Positions 28,801-43,800 of a DNA stretch of 64,000 bases are shown here, piece after piece. Below the pieces are notes generated by a model. That model was not told the DNA's origin. It ran no database searches and saw only the letters and a program-made list of their open reading frames with translations. This DNA is from Auanema rhodensis (lineage: Eukaryota > Animalia > Nematoda): NCBI GenBank assembly GCA_964057225.1, contig OZ059900.1, positions 930,001-994,000 on the forward strand, written 5' to 3'. Numbering within the stretch: position 1 is the first letter of the stretch; each line of letters begins with the position of its first letter. The position numbers and the translations under genes were made by a program.

Positions 28801-31800
28801 CGAAAATAGAAAGAATTTTTGAAATTTCCGAGTTTTGAGTCCAATTTGGCTAAATCGCTCATATATATGATCAGAAGCATAGTTTTATTGTCTATGACAA
28901 CAAAAATCATCAATTAAACGCTAGTGATGTTTAAATACTGATTTTCGCTCAAATAGCATTACTACACTAAGTATGGTCGTTTTTATGCCTTTAACACCAT
29001 ATACTCACCGATTTTTGGTACAAAATCTGTAATACTCGTAAATTTTGATCATATTCGTTAAGATTTGAGAATCAAACATACAATACAAAAAATCAGTCTA
29101 TTTTTATGAGCTTGCACTGATATATATTCATTTTGATCAAAAAAGGTCGAAAATAGAAAGAATTTTTGAAATTTCCGAGTTTTGAGTCTAATTTGGCTAA
29201 ATCGCTCATATATATGATCAAAAGCATAGTTTTACTGTCTATGATAACAAAAGTCTTCAAATATACACTAATAATGATTAAATCACTGAATTTCAGTCAA
29301 ATAGCATTACTACACTAAGTATGGTCGTTTTTATGCCTTTAACACCATATACTCACCGATTTTTGGTACAAAATCTGTAATACTTGTAAATTTTGATCAT
29401 ATTTGTTAAGATTCGAGAATCAAACACATAATACACGAAATAAGTCTATTTTTACAAGTTTGCACTGATATTTATTCATTTTGATCAAAAAAGGTCGAAA
29501 ATAGAAAGAATTTTTGAAGTTTCCGAGTTTTGAGTCCAATTTGGCTAAATCGCTCATATATAAGATCAAAAGCATAGTTTTATTGTCTATAACAACAAAA
29601 GTCATCAATTAAACGCTAGTGATGTTTAAATACTGAATTTCGCTCAAATAGCATTACTACACTAAGTATGGTCGTTTTTATGCCTTTAACACCATATACT
29701 CACCGATTTTTGGTACAAAATCTGTAATACTCGTAAATTTTGATCATATTCGTTAAGATTTGAGAATCAAACATACAATACAAAAAATCAGTCTATTTTT
29801 ATGAGCTTGCACTGATATATATTCATTTTGATCAAAAAAGGTCGAAAATAGAAAGAATTTTTGAAATTTCCGAGTTTTGAGTCTAATTTGGCTAAATCGC
29901 TCATATATATGATCAAAAGCATAGTTTTACTGTCTATGATAACAAAAGTCTTCAAATATACACTAATAATGATTAAATCACTGAATTTCAGTCAAATAGC
30001 ATTACTACACTAAGTATGGTCGTTTTTATGCCTTTAACACCATATACTCACCGATTTTTGGTACAAAATCTGTAATACTTGTAAATTTTGATCATATTTG
30101 TTAAGATTCGAGAATCAAACACATAATACACGAAATAAGTCTATTTTTACAAGTTTGCACTGATATTTATTCATTTTGATCAAAAAAGGTCGAAAATAGA
30201 AAGAATTTTTGAAATTTCCGAGTTTTGAGTCCAATTTGGCTAAATCGCTCATATATAAGATCAAAAGCATAGTTTTATTGTCTATAACAACAAAAGTCAT
30301 CAATTAAACGCTAGTGATGTTTAAATACTGAATTTCGCTCAAATAGCATTACTACACTAAGTATGGTCGTTTTTATGCCTTTAACACCATATACTCACCG
30401 ATTTTTGGTACAAAATCTGTAATACTTGTAAATTTCGATCATATTTGTTAAGATTCGAGAATCAAACACATAATACACGAAATAAGTCTATTTTTACAAG
30501 TTTGCACTGATATTTATTCATTTTGATCAAAAAAGGTCGAAAATAGAAAGAATTTTTGAAATTTCCGAGTTTTGAGTCCAATTTGGCTAAATCGCTCATA
30601 TATATGATCAGAAGCATAGTTTTATTGTCTATGACAACAAAAATCATCAATTAAACGCTAGTGATGTTTAAATACTGATTTTCGCTCAAATAGCATTACT
30701 ACACTAAGTATGGTCGTTTTTATGCCTTTAACACCATATACTCACCGATTTTTGGTACAAAATCTGTAATACTCGTAAATTTTGATCATATTCGTTAAGA
30801 TTTGAGAATCAAACATACAATACAAAAAATCAGTCTATTTTTATGAGCTTGCACTGATATATATTCATTTTGATCAAAAAAGGTCGAAAATAGAAAGAAT
30901 TTTTGAAATTTCCGAGTTTTGAGTCTAATTTGGCTAAATCGCTCATATATATGATCAAAAGCATAGTTTTACTGTCTATGATAACAAAAGTCTTCAAATA
31001 TACACTAATAATGATTAAATCACTGAATTTCAGTCAAATAGCATTACTACACTAAGTATGGTCGTTTTTATGCCTTTAACACCATATACTCACCGATTTT
31101 TGGTACAAAATCTGTAATACTTGTAAATTTTGATCATATTTGTTAAGATTCGAGAATCAAACACATAATACACAAAATAAGTCTATTTTTACAAGTTTGC
31201 ACTGATATTTATTCATTTTGATCAAAAAAGGTCGAAAATAGAAAGAATTTTTGAAGTTTCCGAGTTTTGAGTCCAATTTGGCTAAATCGCTCATATATAT
31301 GATCAAAAGCATAGTTTTACTGTCTATGATAACAAAAGTCTTCAAATATACACTAATAATGATTAAATCACTGAATTTCAGTCAAATAGCATTACTACAC
31401 TAAGTATGGTCGTTTTTATGCCTTTAACACCATATACTCACCGATTTTTGGTACAAAATCTGTAATACTTGTAAATTTTGATCATATTTGTTAAGATTCG
31501 AGAATCAAACACATAATACACGAAATAAGTCTATTTTTACAAGTTTGCACTGATATTTATTCATTTTGATCAAAAAAGGTCGAAAATAGAAAGAATTTTT
31601 GAAATTTCCGAGTTTTGAGTCCAATTTGGCTAAATCGCTCATATATAAGATCAAAAGCATAGTTTTATTGTCTATAACAACAAAAGTCATCAATTAAACG
31701 CTAGTGATGTTTAAATACTGAATTTCGCTCAAATAGCATTACTACACTAAGTATGGTCGTTTTTATGCCTTTAACACCATATACTCACCGATTTTTGGTA

Positions 31801-34800
31801 CAAAATCTGTAATACTTGTAAATTTCGATCATATTTGTTAAGATTCGAGAATCAAACACATAATACACGAAATAAGTCTATTTTTACAAGTTTGCACTGA
31901 TATTTATTCATTTTGATCAAAAAAGGTCGAAAATAGAAAGAATTTTTGAAATTTCCGAGTTTTGAGTCCAATTTGGCTAAATCGCTCATATATATGATCA
32001 GAAGCATAGTTTTATTGTCTATGACAACAAAAATCATCAATTAAACGCTAGTGATGTTTAAATACTGATTTTCGCTCAAATAGCATTACTACACTAAGTA
32101 TGGTCGTTTTTATGCCTTTAACACCATATACTCACCGATTTTTGGTACAAAATCTGTAATACTCGTAAATTTTGATCATATTCGTTAAGATTTGAGAATC
32201 AAACATACAATACAAAAAATCAGTCTATTTTTATGAGCTTGCACTGATATATATTCATTTTGATCAAAAAAGGTCGAAAATAGAAAGAATTTTTGAAATT
32301 TCCGAGTTTTGAGTCTAATTTGGCTAAATCGCTCATATATATGATCAAAAGCATAGTTTTACTGTCTATGATAACAAAAGTCTTCAAATATACACTAATA
32401 ATGATTAAATCACTGAATTTCAGTCAAATAGCATTACTACACTAAGTATGGTCGTTTTTATGCCTTTAACACCATATACTCACCGATTTTTGGTACAAAA
32501 TCTGTAATACTTGTAAATTTTGATCATATTTGTTAAGATTCGAGAATCAAACACATAATACACGAAATAAGTCTATTTTTACAAGTTTGCACTGATATTT
32601 ATTCATTTTGATCAAAAAAGGTCGAAAATAGAAAGAATTTTTGAAGTTTCCGAGTTTTGAGTCCAATTTGGCTAAATCGCTCATATATAAGATCAAAAGC
32701 ATAGTTTTATTGTCTATAACAACAAAAGTCATCAATTAAACGCTAGTGATGTTTAAATACTGAATTTCGCTCAAATAGCATTACTACACTAAGTATGGTC
32801 GTTTTTATGCCTTTAACACCATATACTCACCGATTTTTGGTACAAAATCTGTAATACTCGTAAATTTTGATCATATTCGTTAAGATTTGAGAATCAAACA
32901 TACAATACAAAAAATCAGTCTATTTTTATGAGCTTGCACTGATATATATTCATTTTGATCAAAAAAGGTCGAAAATAGAAAGAATTTTTGAAATTTCCGA
33001 GTTTTGAGTCTAATTTGGCTAAATCGCTCATATATATGATCAAAAGCATAGTTTTACTGTCTATGATAACAAAAGTCTTCAAATATACACTAATAATGAT
33101 TAAATCACTGAATTTCAGTCAAATAGCATTACTACACTAAGTATGGTCGTTTTTATGCCTTTAACACCATATACTCACCGATTTTTGGTACAAAATCTGT
33201 AATACTTGTAAATTTTGATCATATTTGTTAAGATTCGAGAATCAAACACATAATACACGAAATAAGTCTATTTTTACAAGTTTGCACTGATATTTATTCA
33301 TTTTGATCAAAAAAGGTCGAAAATAGAAAGAATTTTTGAAGTTTCCGAGTTTTGAGTCCAATTTGGCTAAATCGCTCATATATAAGATCAAAAGCATAGT
33401 TTTATTGTCTATAACAACAAAAGTCATCAATTAAACGCTAGTGATGTTTAAATACTGAATTTCGCTCAAATAGCATTACTACACTAAGTATGGTCGTTTT
33501 TATGCCTTTAACACCATATACTCACCGATTTTTGGTACAAAATCTGTAATACTCGTAAATTTTGATCATATTCGTTAAGATTTGAGAATCAAACATACAA
33601 TACAAAAAATCAGTCTATTTTTATGAGCTTGCACTGATATATATTCATTTTGATCAAAAAAGGTCGAAAATAGAAAGAATTTTTGAAATTTCCGAGTTTT
33701 GAGTCTAATTTGGCTAAATCGCTCATATATATGATCAAAAGCATAGTTTTACTGTCTATGATAACAAAAGTCTTCAAATATACACTAATAATGATTAAAT
33801 CACTGAATTTCAGTCAAATAGCATTACTACACTAAGTATGGTCGTTTTTATGCCTTTAACACCATATACTCACCGATTTTTGGTACAAAATCTGTAATAC
33901 TTGTAAATTTTGATCATATTTGTTAAGATTCGAGAATCAAACACATAATACACAAAATAAGTCTATTTTTACAAGTTTGCACTGATATTTATTCATTTTG
34001 ATCAAAAAAGGTCGAAAATAGAAAGAATTTTTGAAGTTTCCGAGTTTTGAGTCCAATTTGGCTAAATCGCTCATATATAAGATCAAAAGCATAGTTTTAT
34101 TGTCTATAACAACAAAAGTCATCAATTAAACGCTAGTGATGTTTAAATACTGAATTTCGCTCAAATAGCATTACTACACTAAGTATGGTCGTTTTTATGC
34201 CTTTAACACCATATACTCACCGATTTTTGGTACAAAATCTGTAATACTCGTAAATTTTGATCATATTCGTTAAGATTTGAGAATCAAACATACAATACAA
34301 AAAATCAGTCTATTTTTATGAGCTTGCACTGATATATATTCATTTTGATCAAAAAAGGTCGAAAATAGAAAGAATTTTTGAAATTTCCGAGTTTTGAGTC
34401 TAATTTGGCTAAATCGCTCATATATATGATCAAAAGCATAGTTTTACTGTCTATGATAACAAAAGTCTTCAAATATACACTAATAATGATTAAATCACTG
34501 AATTTCAGTCAAATAGCATTACTACACTAAGTATGGTCGTTTTTATGCCTTTAACACCATATACTCACCGATTTTTGGTACAAAATCTGTAATACTTGTA
34601 AATTTTGATCATATTTGTTAAGATTCGAGAATCAAACACATAATACACGAAATAAGTCTATTTTTACAAGTTTGCACTGATATTTATTCATTTTGATCAA
34701 AAAAGGTCGAAAATAGAAAGAATTTTTGAAGTTTCCGAGTTTTGAGTCCAATTTGGCTAAATCGCTCATATATAAGATCAAAAGCATAGTTTTATTGTCT

Positions 34801-37800
34801 ATAACAACAAAAGTCATCAATTAAACGCTAGTGATGTTTAAATACTGAATTTCGCTCAAATAGCATTACTACACTAAGTATGGTCGTTTTTATGCCTTTA
34901 ACACCATATACTCACCGATTTTTGGTACAAAATCTGTAATACTCGTAAATTTTGATCATATTCGTTAAGATTTGAGAATCAAACATACAATACAAAAAAT
35001 CAGTCTATTTTTATGAGCTTGCACTGATATATATTCATTTTGATCAAAAAAGGTCGAAAATAGAAAGAATTTTTGAAATTTCCGAGTTTTGAGTCTAATT
35101 TGGCTAAATCGCTCATATATATGATCAAAAGCATAGTTTTACTGTCTATGATAACAAAAGTCTTCAAATATACACTAATAATGATTAAATCACTGAATTT
35201 CAGTCAAATAGCATTACTACACTAAGTATGGTCGTTTTTATGCCTTTAACACCATATACTCACCGATTTTTGGTACAAAATCTGTAATACTTGTAAATTT
35301 TGATCATATTTGTTAAGATTCGAGAATCAAACACATAATACACGAAATAAATCTATTTTTACAAGTTTGCACTGATATTTATTCATTTTGATCAAAAAAG
35401 GTCGAAAATAGAAAGAATTTTTGAAATTTCCGAGTTTTGAGTCCAATTTGGCTAAATCGCTCATATATAAGATCAAAAGCATAGTTTTATTGTCTATAAC
35501 AACAAAAGTCATCAATTAAACGCTAGTGATGTTTAAATACTGAATTTCGCTCAAATAGCATTACTACACTAAGTATGGTCGTTTTTATGCCTTTAACACC
35601 ATATACTCACCGATTTTTGGTACAAAATCTGTAATACTTGTAAATTTCGATCATATTTGTTAAGATTCGAGAATCAAACACATAATACACGAAATAAGTC
35701 TATTTTTACAAGTTTGCACTGATATTTATTCATTTTGATCAAAAAAGGTCGAAAATAGAAAGAATTTTTGAAATTTCCGAGTTTTGAGTCCAATTTGGCT
35801 AAATCGCTCATATATATGATCAAAAGCATAGTTTTACTGTCTATGATAACAAAAGTCTTCAAATATACACTAATAATGATTAAATCACTGAATTTCAGTC
35901 AAATAGCATTACTACACTAAGTATGGTCGTTTTTATGCCTTTAACACCATATACTCACCGATTTTTGGTACAAAATCTGTAATACTTGTAAATTTTGATC
36001 ATATTTGTTAAGATTCGAGAATCAAACACATAATACACGAAATAAGTCTATTTTTACAAGTTTGCACTGATATTTATTCATTTTGATCAAAAAAGGTCGA
36101 AAATAGAAAGAATTTTTGAAATTTCCGAGTTTTGAGTCCAATTTGGCTAAATCGCTCATATATAAGATCAAAAGCATAGTTTTATTGTCTATAACAACAA
36201 AAGTCATCAATTAAACGCTAGTGATGTTTAAATACTGAATTTCGCTCAAATAGCATTACTACACTAAGTATGGTCGTTTTTATGCCTTTAACACCATATA
36301 CTCACCGATTTTTGGTACAAAATCTGTAATACTTGTAAATTTCGATCATATTTGTTAAGATTCGAGAATCAAACACATAATACACGAAATAAGTCTATTT
36401 TTACAAGTTTGCACTGATATTTATTCATTTTGATCAAAAAAGGTCGAAAATAGAAAGAATTTTTGAAATTTCCGAGTTTTGAGTCCAATTTGGCTAAATC
36501 GCTCATATATATGATCAGAAGCATAGTTTTATTGTCTATGACAACAAAAATCATCAATTAAACGCTAGTGATGTTTAAATACTGATTTTCGCTCAAATAG
36601 CATTACTACACTAAGTATGGTCGTTTTTATGCCTTTAACACCATATACTCACCGATTTTTGGTACAAAATCTGTAATACTCGTAAATTTTGATCATATTC
36701 GTTAAGATTTGAGAATCAAACATACAATACAAAAAATCAGTCTATTTTTATGAGCTTGCACTGATATATATTCATTTTGATCAAAAAAGGTCGAAAATAG
36801 AAAGAATTTTTGAAATTTCCGAGTTTTGAGTCTAATTTGGCTAAATCGCTCATATATATGATCAAAAGCATAGTTTTACTGTCTATGATAACAAAAGTCT
36901 TCAAATATACACTAATAATGATTAAATCACTGAATTTCAGTCAAATAGCATTACTACACTAAGTATGGTCGTTTTTATTCCTTTAACACCATATACTCAC
37001 CGATTTTTGGTACAAAATCTGTAATACTTGTAAATTTTGATCATATTTGTTAAGATTCGAGAATCAAACACATAATACACGAAATAAGTCTATTTTTACA
37101 AGTTTGCACTGATATTTATTCATTTTGATCAAAAAAGGTCGAAAATAGAAAGAATTTTTGAAGTTTCCGAGTTTTGAGTCCAATTTGGCTAAATCGCTCA
37201 TATATAAGATCAAAAGCATAGTTTTATTGTCTATAACAACAAAAGTCATCAATTAAACGCTAGTGATGTTTAAATACTGAATTTCGCTCAAATAGCATTA
37301 CTACACTAAGTATGGTCGTTTTTATGCCTTTAACACCATATACTCACCGATTTTTGGTACAAAATCTGTAATACTCGTAAATTTTGATCATATTCGTTAA
37401 GATTTGAGAATCAAACATACAATACAAAAAATCAGTCTATTTTTATGAGCTTGCACTGATATATATTCATTTTGATCAAAAAAGGTCGAAAATAGAAAGA
37501 ATTTTTGAAATTTCCGAGTTTTGAGTCTAATTTGGCTAAATCGCTCATATATATGATCAAAAGCATAGTTTTACTGTCTATGATAACAAAAGTCTTCAAA
37601 TATACACTAATAATGATTAAATCACTGAATTTCAGTCAAATAGCATTACTACACTAAGTATGGTCGTTTTTATGCCTTTAACACCATATACTCACCGATT
37701 TTTGGTACAAAATCTGTAATACTTGTAAATTTTGATCATATTTGTTAAGATTCGAGAATCAAACACATAATACACGAAATAAGTCTATTTTTACAAGTTT

Positions 37801-40800
37801 GCACTGATATTTATTCATTTTGATCAAAAAAGGTCGAAAATAGAAAGAATTTTTGAAATTTCCGAGTTTTGAGTCCAATTTGGCTAAATCGCTCATATAT
37901 AAGATCAAAAGCATAGTTTTATTGTCTATAACAACAAAAGTCATCAATTAAACGCTAGTGATGTTTAAATACTGAATTTCGCTCAAATAGCATTACTACA
38001 CTAAGTATGGTCGTTTTTATGCCTTTAACACCATATACTCACCGATTTTTGGTACAAAATCTGTAATACTTGTAAATTTCGATCATATTTGTTAAGATTC
38101 GAGAATCAAACACATAATACACGAAATAAGTCTATTTTTACAAGTTTGCACTGATATTTATTCATTTTGATCAAAAAAGGTCGAAAATAGAAAGAATTTT
38201 TGAAATTTCCGAGTTTTGAGTCCAATTTGGCTAAATCGCTCATATATATGATCAGAAGCATAGTTTTATTGTCTATGACAACAAAAATCATCAATTAAAC
38301 GCTAGTGATGTTTAAATACTGATTTTCGCTCAAATAGCATTACTACACTAAGTATGGTCGTTTTTATGCCTTTAACACCATATACTCACCGATTTTTGGT
38401 ACAAAATCTGTAATACTCGTAAATTTTGATCATATTCGTTAAGATTTGAGAATCAAACATACAATACAAAAAATCAGTCTATTTTTATGAGCTTGCACTG
38501 ATATATATTCATTTTGATCAAAAAAGGTCGAAAATAGAAAGAATTTTTGAAATTTCCGAGTTTTGAGTCTAATTTGGCTAAATCGCTCATATATATGATC
38601 AAAAGCATAGTTTTACTGTCTATGATAACAAAAGTCTTCAAATATACACTAATAATGATTAAATCACTGAATTTCAGTCAAATAGCATTACTACACTAAG
38701 TATGGTCGTTTTTATGCCTTTAACACCATATACTCACCGATTTTTGGTACAAAATCTGTAATACTTGTAAATTTTGATCATATTTGTTAAGATTCGAGAA
38801 TCAAACACATAATACACGAAATAAGTCTATTTTTACAAGTTTGCACTGATATTTATTCATTTTGATCAAAAAAGGTCGAAAATAGAAAGAATTTTTGAAG
38901 TTTCCGAGTTTTGAGTCCAATTTGGCTAAATCGCTCATATATAAGATCAAAAGCATAGTTTTATTGTCTATAACAACAAAAGTCATCAATTAAACGCTAG
39001 TGATGTTTAAATACTGAATTTCGCTCAAATAGCATTACTACACTAAGTATGGTCGTTTTTATGCCTTTAACACCATATACTCACCGATTTTTGGTACAAA
39101 ATCTGTAATACTCGTAAATTTTGATCATATTCGTTAAGATTTGAGAATCAAACATACAATACAAAAATTCAGTCTATTTTTATGAGCTTGCACTGATATA
39201 TATTCATTTTGATCAAAAAAGGTCGAAAATAGAAAGAATTTTTGAAATTTCCGAGTTTTGAGTCTAATTTGGCTAAATCGCTCATATATATGATCAAAAG
39301 CATAGTTTTACTGTCTATGATAACAAAAGTCTTCAAATATACACTAATAATGATTAAATCACTGAATTTCAGTCAAATAGCATTACTACACTAAGTATGG
39401 TCGTTTTTATGCCTTTAACACCATATACTCACCGATTTTTGGTACAAAATCTGTAATACTTGTAAATTTTGATCATATTTGTTAAGATTCGAGAATCAAA
39501 CACATAATACACGAAATAAGTCTATTTTTACAAGTTTGCACTGATATTTATTCATTTTGATCAAAAAAGGTCGAAAATAGAAAGAATTTTTGAAATTTCC
39601 GAGTTTTGAGTCCAATTTGGCTAAATCGCTCATATATAAGATCAAAAGCATAGTTTTATTGTCTATAACAACAAAAGTCATCAATTAAACGCTAGTGATG
39701 TTTAAATACTGAATTTCGCTCAAATAGCATTACTACACTAAGTATGGTCGTTTTTATGCCTTTAACACCATATACTCACCGATTTTTGGTACAAAATCTG
39801 TAATACTTGTAAATTTCGATCATATTTGTTAAGATTCGAGAATCAAACACATAATACACGAAATAAGTCTATTTTTACAAGTTTGCACTGATATTTATTC
39901 ATTTTGATCAAAAAAGGTCGAAAATAGAAAGAATTTTTGAAATTTCCGAGTTTTGAGTCCAATTTGGCTAAATCGCTCATATATATGATCAGAAGCATAG
40001 TTTTATTGTCTATGACAACAAAAATCATCAATTAAACGCTAGTGATGTTTAAATACTGATTTTCGCTCAAATAGCATTACTACACTAAGTATGGTCGTTT
40101 TTATGCCTTTAACACCATATACTCACCGATTTTTGGTACAAAATCTGTAATACTCGTAAATTTTGATCATATTCGTTAAGATTTGAGAATCAAACATACA
40201 ATACAAAAAATCAGTCTATTTTTATGAGCTTGCACTGATATATATTCATTTTGATCAAAAAAGGTCGAAAATAGAAAGAATTTTTGAAATTTCCGAGTTT
40301 TGAGTCTAATTTGGCTAAATCGCTCATATATATGATCAAAAGCATAGTTTTACTGTCTATGATAACAAAAGTCTTTAAATATACACTAATAATGATTAAA
40401 TCACTGAATTTCAGTCAAATAGCATTACTACACTAAGTATGGTCGTTTTTATGCCTTTAACACCATATACTCACCGATTTTTGGTACAAAATCTGTAATA
40501 CTTGTAAATTTTGATCATATTTGTTAAGATTCGAGAATCAAACACATAATACACAAAATAAGTCTATTTTTACAAGTTTGCACTGATATTTATTCATTTT
40601 GATCAAAAAAGGTCGAAAATAGAAAGAATTTTTGAAGTTTCCGAGTTTTGAGTCCAATTTGGCTAAATCGCTCATATATAAGATCAAAAGCATAGTTTTA
40701 TTGTCTATAACAACAAAAGTCATCAATTAAACGCTAGTGATGTTTAAATACTGATTTTCGCTCAAATAGCATTACTACACTAAGTATGGTCGTTTTTATG

Positions 40801-43800
40801 CCTTTAACACCATATACTCACCGATTTTTGGTACAAAATCTGTAATACTCGTAAATTTTGATCATATTCGTTAAGATTTGAGAATCAAACATACAATACA
40901 AAAAATCAGTCTATTTTTATGAGCTTGCACTGATATATATTCATTTTGATCAAAAAAGGTCGAAAATAGAAAGAATTTTTGAAATTTCCGAGTTTTGAGT
41001 CTAATTTGGCTAAATCGCTCATATATATGATCAAAAGCATAGTTTTACTGTCTATGATAACAAAAGTCTTCAAATATACACTAATAATGATTAAATCACT
41101 GAATTTCAGTCAAATAGCATTACTACACTAAGTATGGTCGTTTTTATGCCTTTAACACCATATACTCACCGATTTTTGGTACAAAATCTGTAATACTTGT
41201 AAATTTTGATCATATTTGTTAAGATTCGAGAATCAAACACATAATACACGAAATAAGTCTATTTTTACAAGTTTGCACTGATATTTATTCATTTTGATCA
41301 AAAAAGGTCGAAAATAGAAAGAATTTTTGAAGTTTCCGAGTTTTGAGTCCAATTTGGCTAAATCGCTCATATATAAGATCAAAAGCATAGTTTTATTGTC
41401 TATAACAACAAAAGTCATCAATTAAACGCTAGTGATGTTTAAATACTGAATTTCGCTCAAATAGCATTACTACACTAAGTATGGTCGTTTTTATGCCTTT
41501 AACACCATATACTCACCGATTTTTGGTACAAAATCTGTAATACTCGTAAATTTTGATCATATTCGTTAAGATTTGAGAATCAAACATACAATACAAAAAA
41601 TCAGTCTATTTTTATGAGCTTGCACTGATATATATTCATTTTGATCAAAAAAGGTCGAAAATAGAAAGAATTTTTGAAATTTCCGAGTTTTGAGTCTAAT
41701 TTGGCTAAATCGCTCATATATATGATCAAAAGCATAGTTTTACTGTCTATGATAACAAAAGTCTTCAAATATACACTAATAATGATTAAATCACTGAATT
41801 TCAGTCAAATAGCATTACTACACTAAGTATGGTCGTTTTTATGCCTTTAACACCATATACTCACCGATTTTTGGTACAAAATCTGTAATACTTGTAAATT
41901 TTGATCATATTTGTTAAGATTCGAGAATCAAACACATAATACACGAAATAAATCTATTTTTACAAGTTTGCACTGATATTTATTCATTTTGATCAAAAAA
42001 GGTCGAAAATAGAAAGAATTTTTGAAATTTCCGAGTTTTGAGTCCAATTTGGCTAAATCGCTCATATATAAGATCAAAAGCATAGTTTTATTGTCTATAA
42101 CAACAAAAGTCATCAATTAAACGCTAGTGATGTTTAAATACTGAATTTCGCTCAAATAGCATTACTACACTAAGTATGGTCGTTTTTATGCCTTTAACAC
42201 CATATACTCACCGATTTTTGGTACAAAATCTGTAATACTTGTAAATTTCGATCATATTTGTTAAGATTCGAGAATCAAACACATAATACACGAAATAAGT
42301 CTATTTTTACAAGTTTGCACTGATATTTATTCATTTTGATCAAAAAAGGTCGAAAATAGAAAGAATTTTTGAAATTTCCGAGTTTTGAGTCCAATTTGGC
42401 TAAATCGCTCATATATATGATCAAAAGCATAGTTTTACTGTCTATGATAACAAAAGTCTTCAAATATACACTAATAATGATTAAATCACTGAATTTCAGT
42501 CAAATAGCATTACTACACTAAGTATGGTCGTTTTTATGCCTTTAACACCATATACTCACCGATTTTTGGTACAAAATCTGTAATACTTGTAAATTTTGAT
42601 CATATTTGTTAAGATTCGAGAATCAAACACATAATACACGAAATAAGTCTATTTTTACAAGTTTGCACTGATATTTATTCATTTTGATCAAAAAAGGTCG
42701 AAAATAGAAAGAATTTTTGAAATTTCCGAGTTTTGAGTCCAATTTGGCTAAATCGCTCATATATAAGATCAAAAGCATAGTTTTATTGTCTATAACAACA
42801 AAAGTCATCAATTAAACGCTAGTGATGTTTAAATACTGAATTTCGCTCAAATAGCATTACTACACTAAGTATGGTCGTTTTTATGCCTTTAACACCATAT
42901 ACTCACCGATTTTTGGTACAAAATCTGTAATACTTGTAAATTTCGATCATATTTGTTAAGATTCGAGAATCAAACACATAATACACGAAATAAGTCTATT
43001 TTTACAAGTTTGCACTGATATTTATTCATTTTGATCAAAAAAGGTCGAAAATAGAAAGAATTTTTGAAATTTCCGAGTTTTGAGTCCAATTTGGCTAAAT
43101 CGCTCATATATATGATCAGAAGCATAGTTTTATTGTCTATGACAACAAAAATCATCAATTAAACGCTAGTGATGTTTAAATACTGATTTTCGCTCAAATA
43201 GCATTACTACACTAAGTATGGTCGTTTTTATGCCTTTAACACCATATACTCACCGATTTTTGGTACAAAATCTGTAATACTCGTAAATTTTGATCATATT
43301 CGTTAAGATTTGAGAATCAAACATACAATACAAAAAATCAGTCTATTTTTATGAGCTTGCACTGATATATATTCATTTTGATCAAAAAAGGTCGAAAATA
43401 GAAAGAATTTTTGAAATTTCCGAGTTTTGAGTCTAATTTGGCTAAATCGCTCATATATATGATCAAAAGCATAGTTTTACTGTCTATGATAACAAAAGTC
43501 TTCAAATATACACTAATAATGATTAAATCACTGAATTTCAGTCAAATAGCATTACTACACTAAGTATGGTCGTTTTTATGCCTTTAACACCATATACTCA
43601 CCGATTTTTGGTACAAAATCTGTAATACTTGTAAATTTTGATCATATTTGTTAAGATTCGAGAATCAAACACATAATACACGAAATAAGTCTATTTTTAC
43701 AAGTTTGCACTGATATTTATTCATTTTGATCAAAAAAGGTCGAAAATAGAAAGAATTTTTGAAATTTCCGAGTTTTGAGTCCAATTTGGCTAAATCGCTC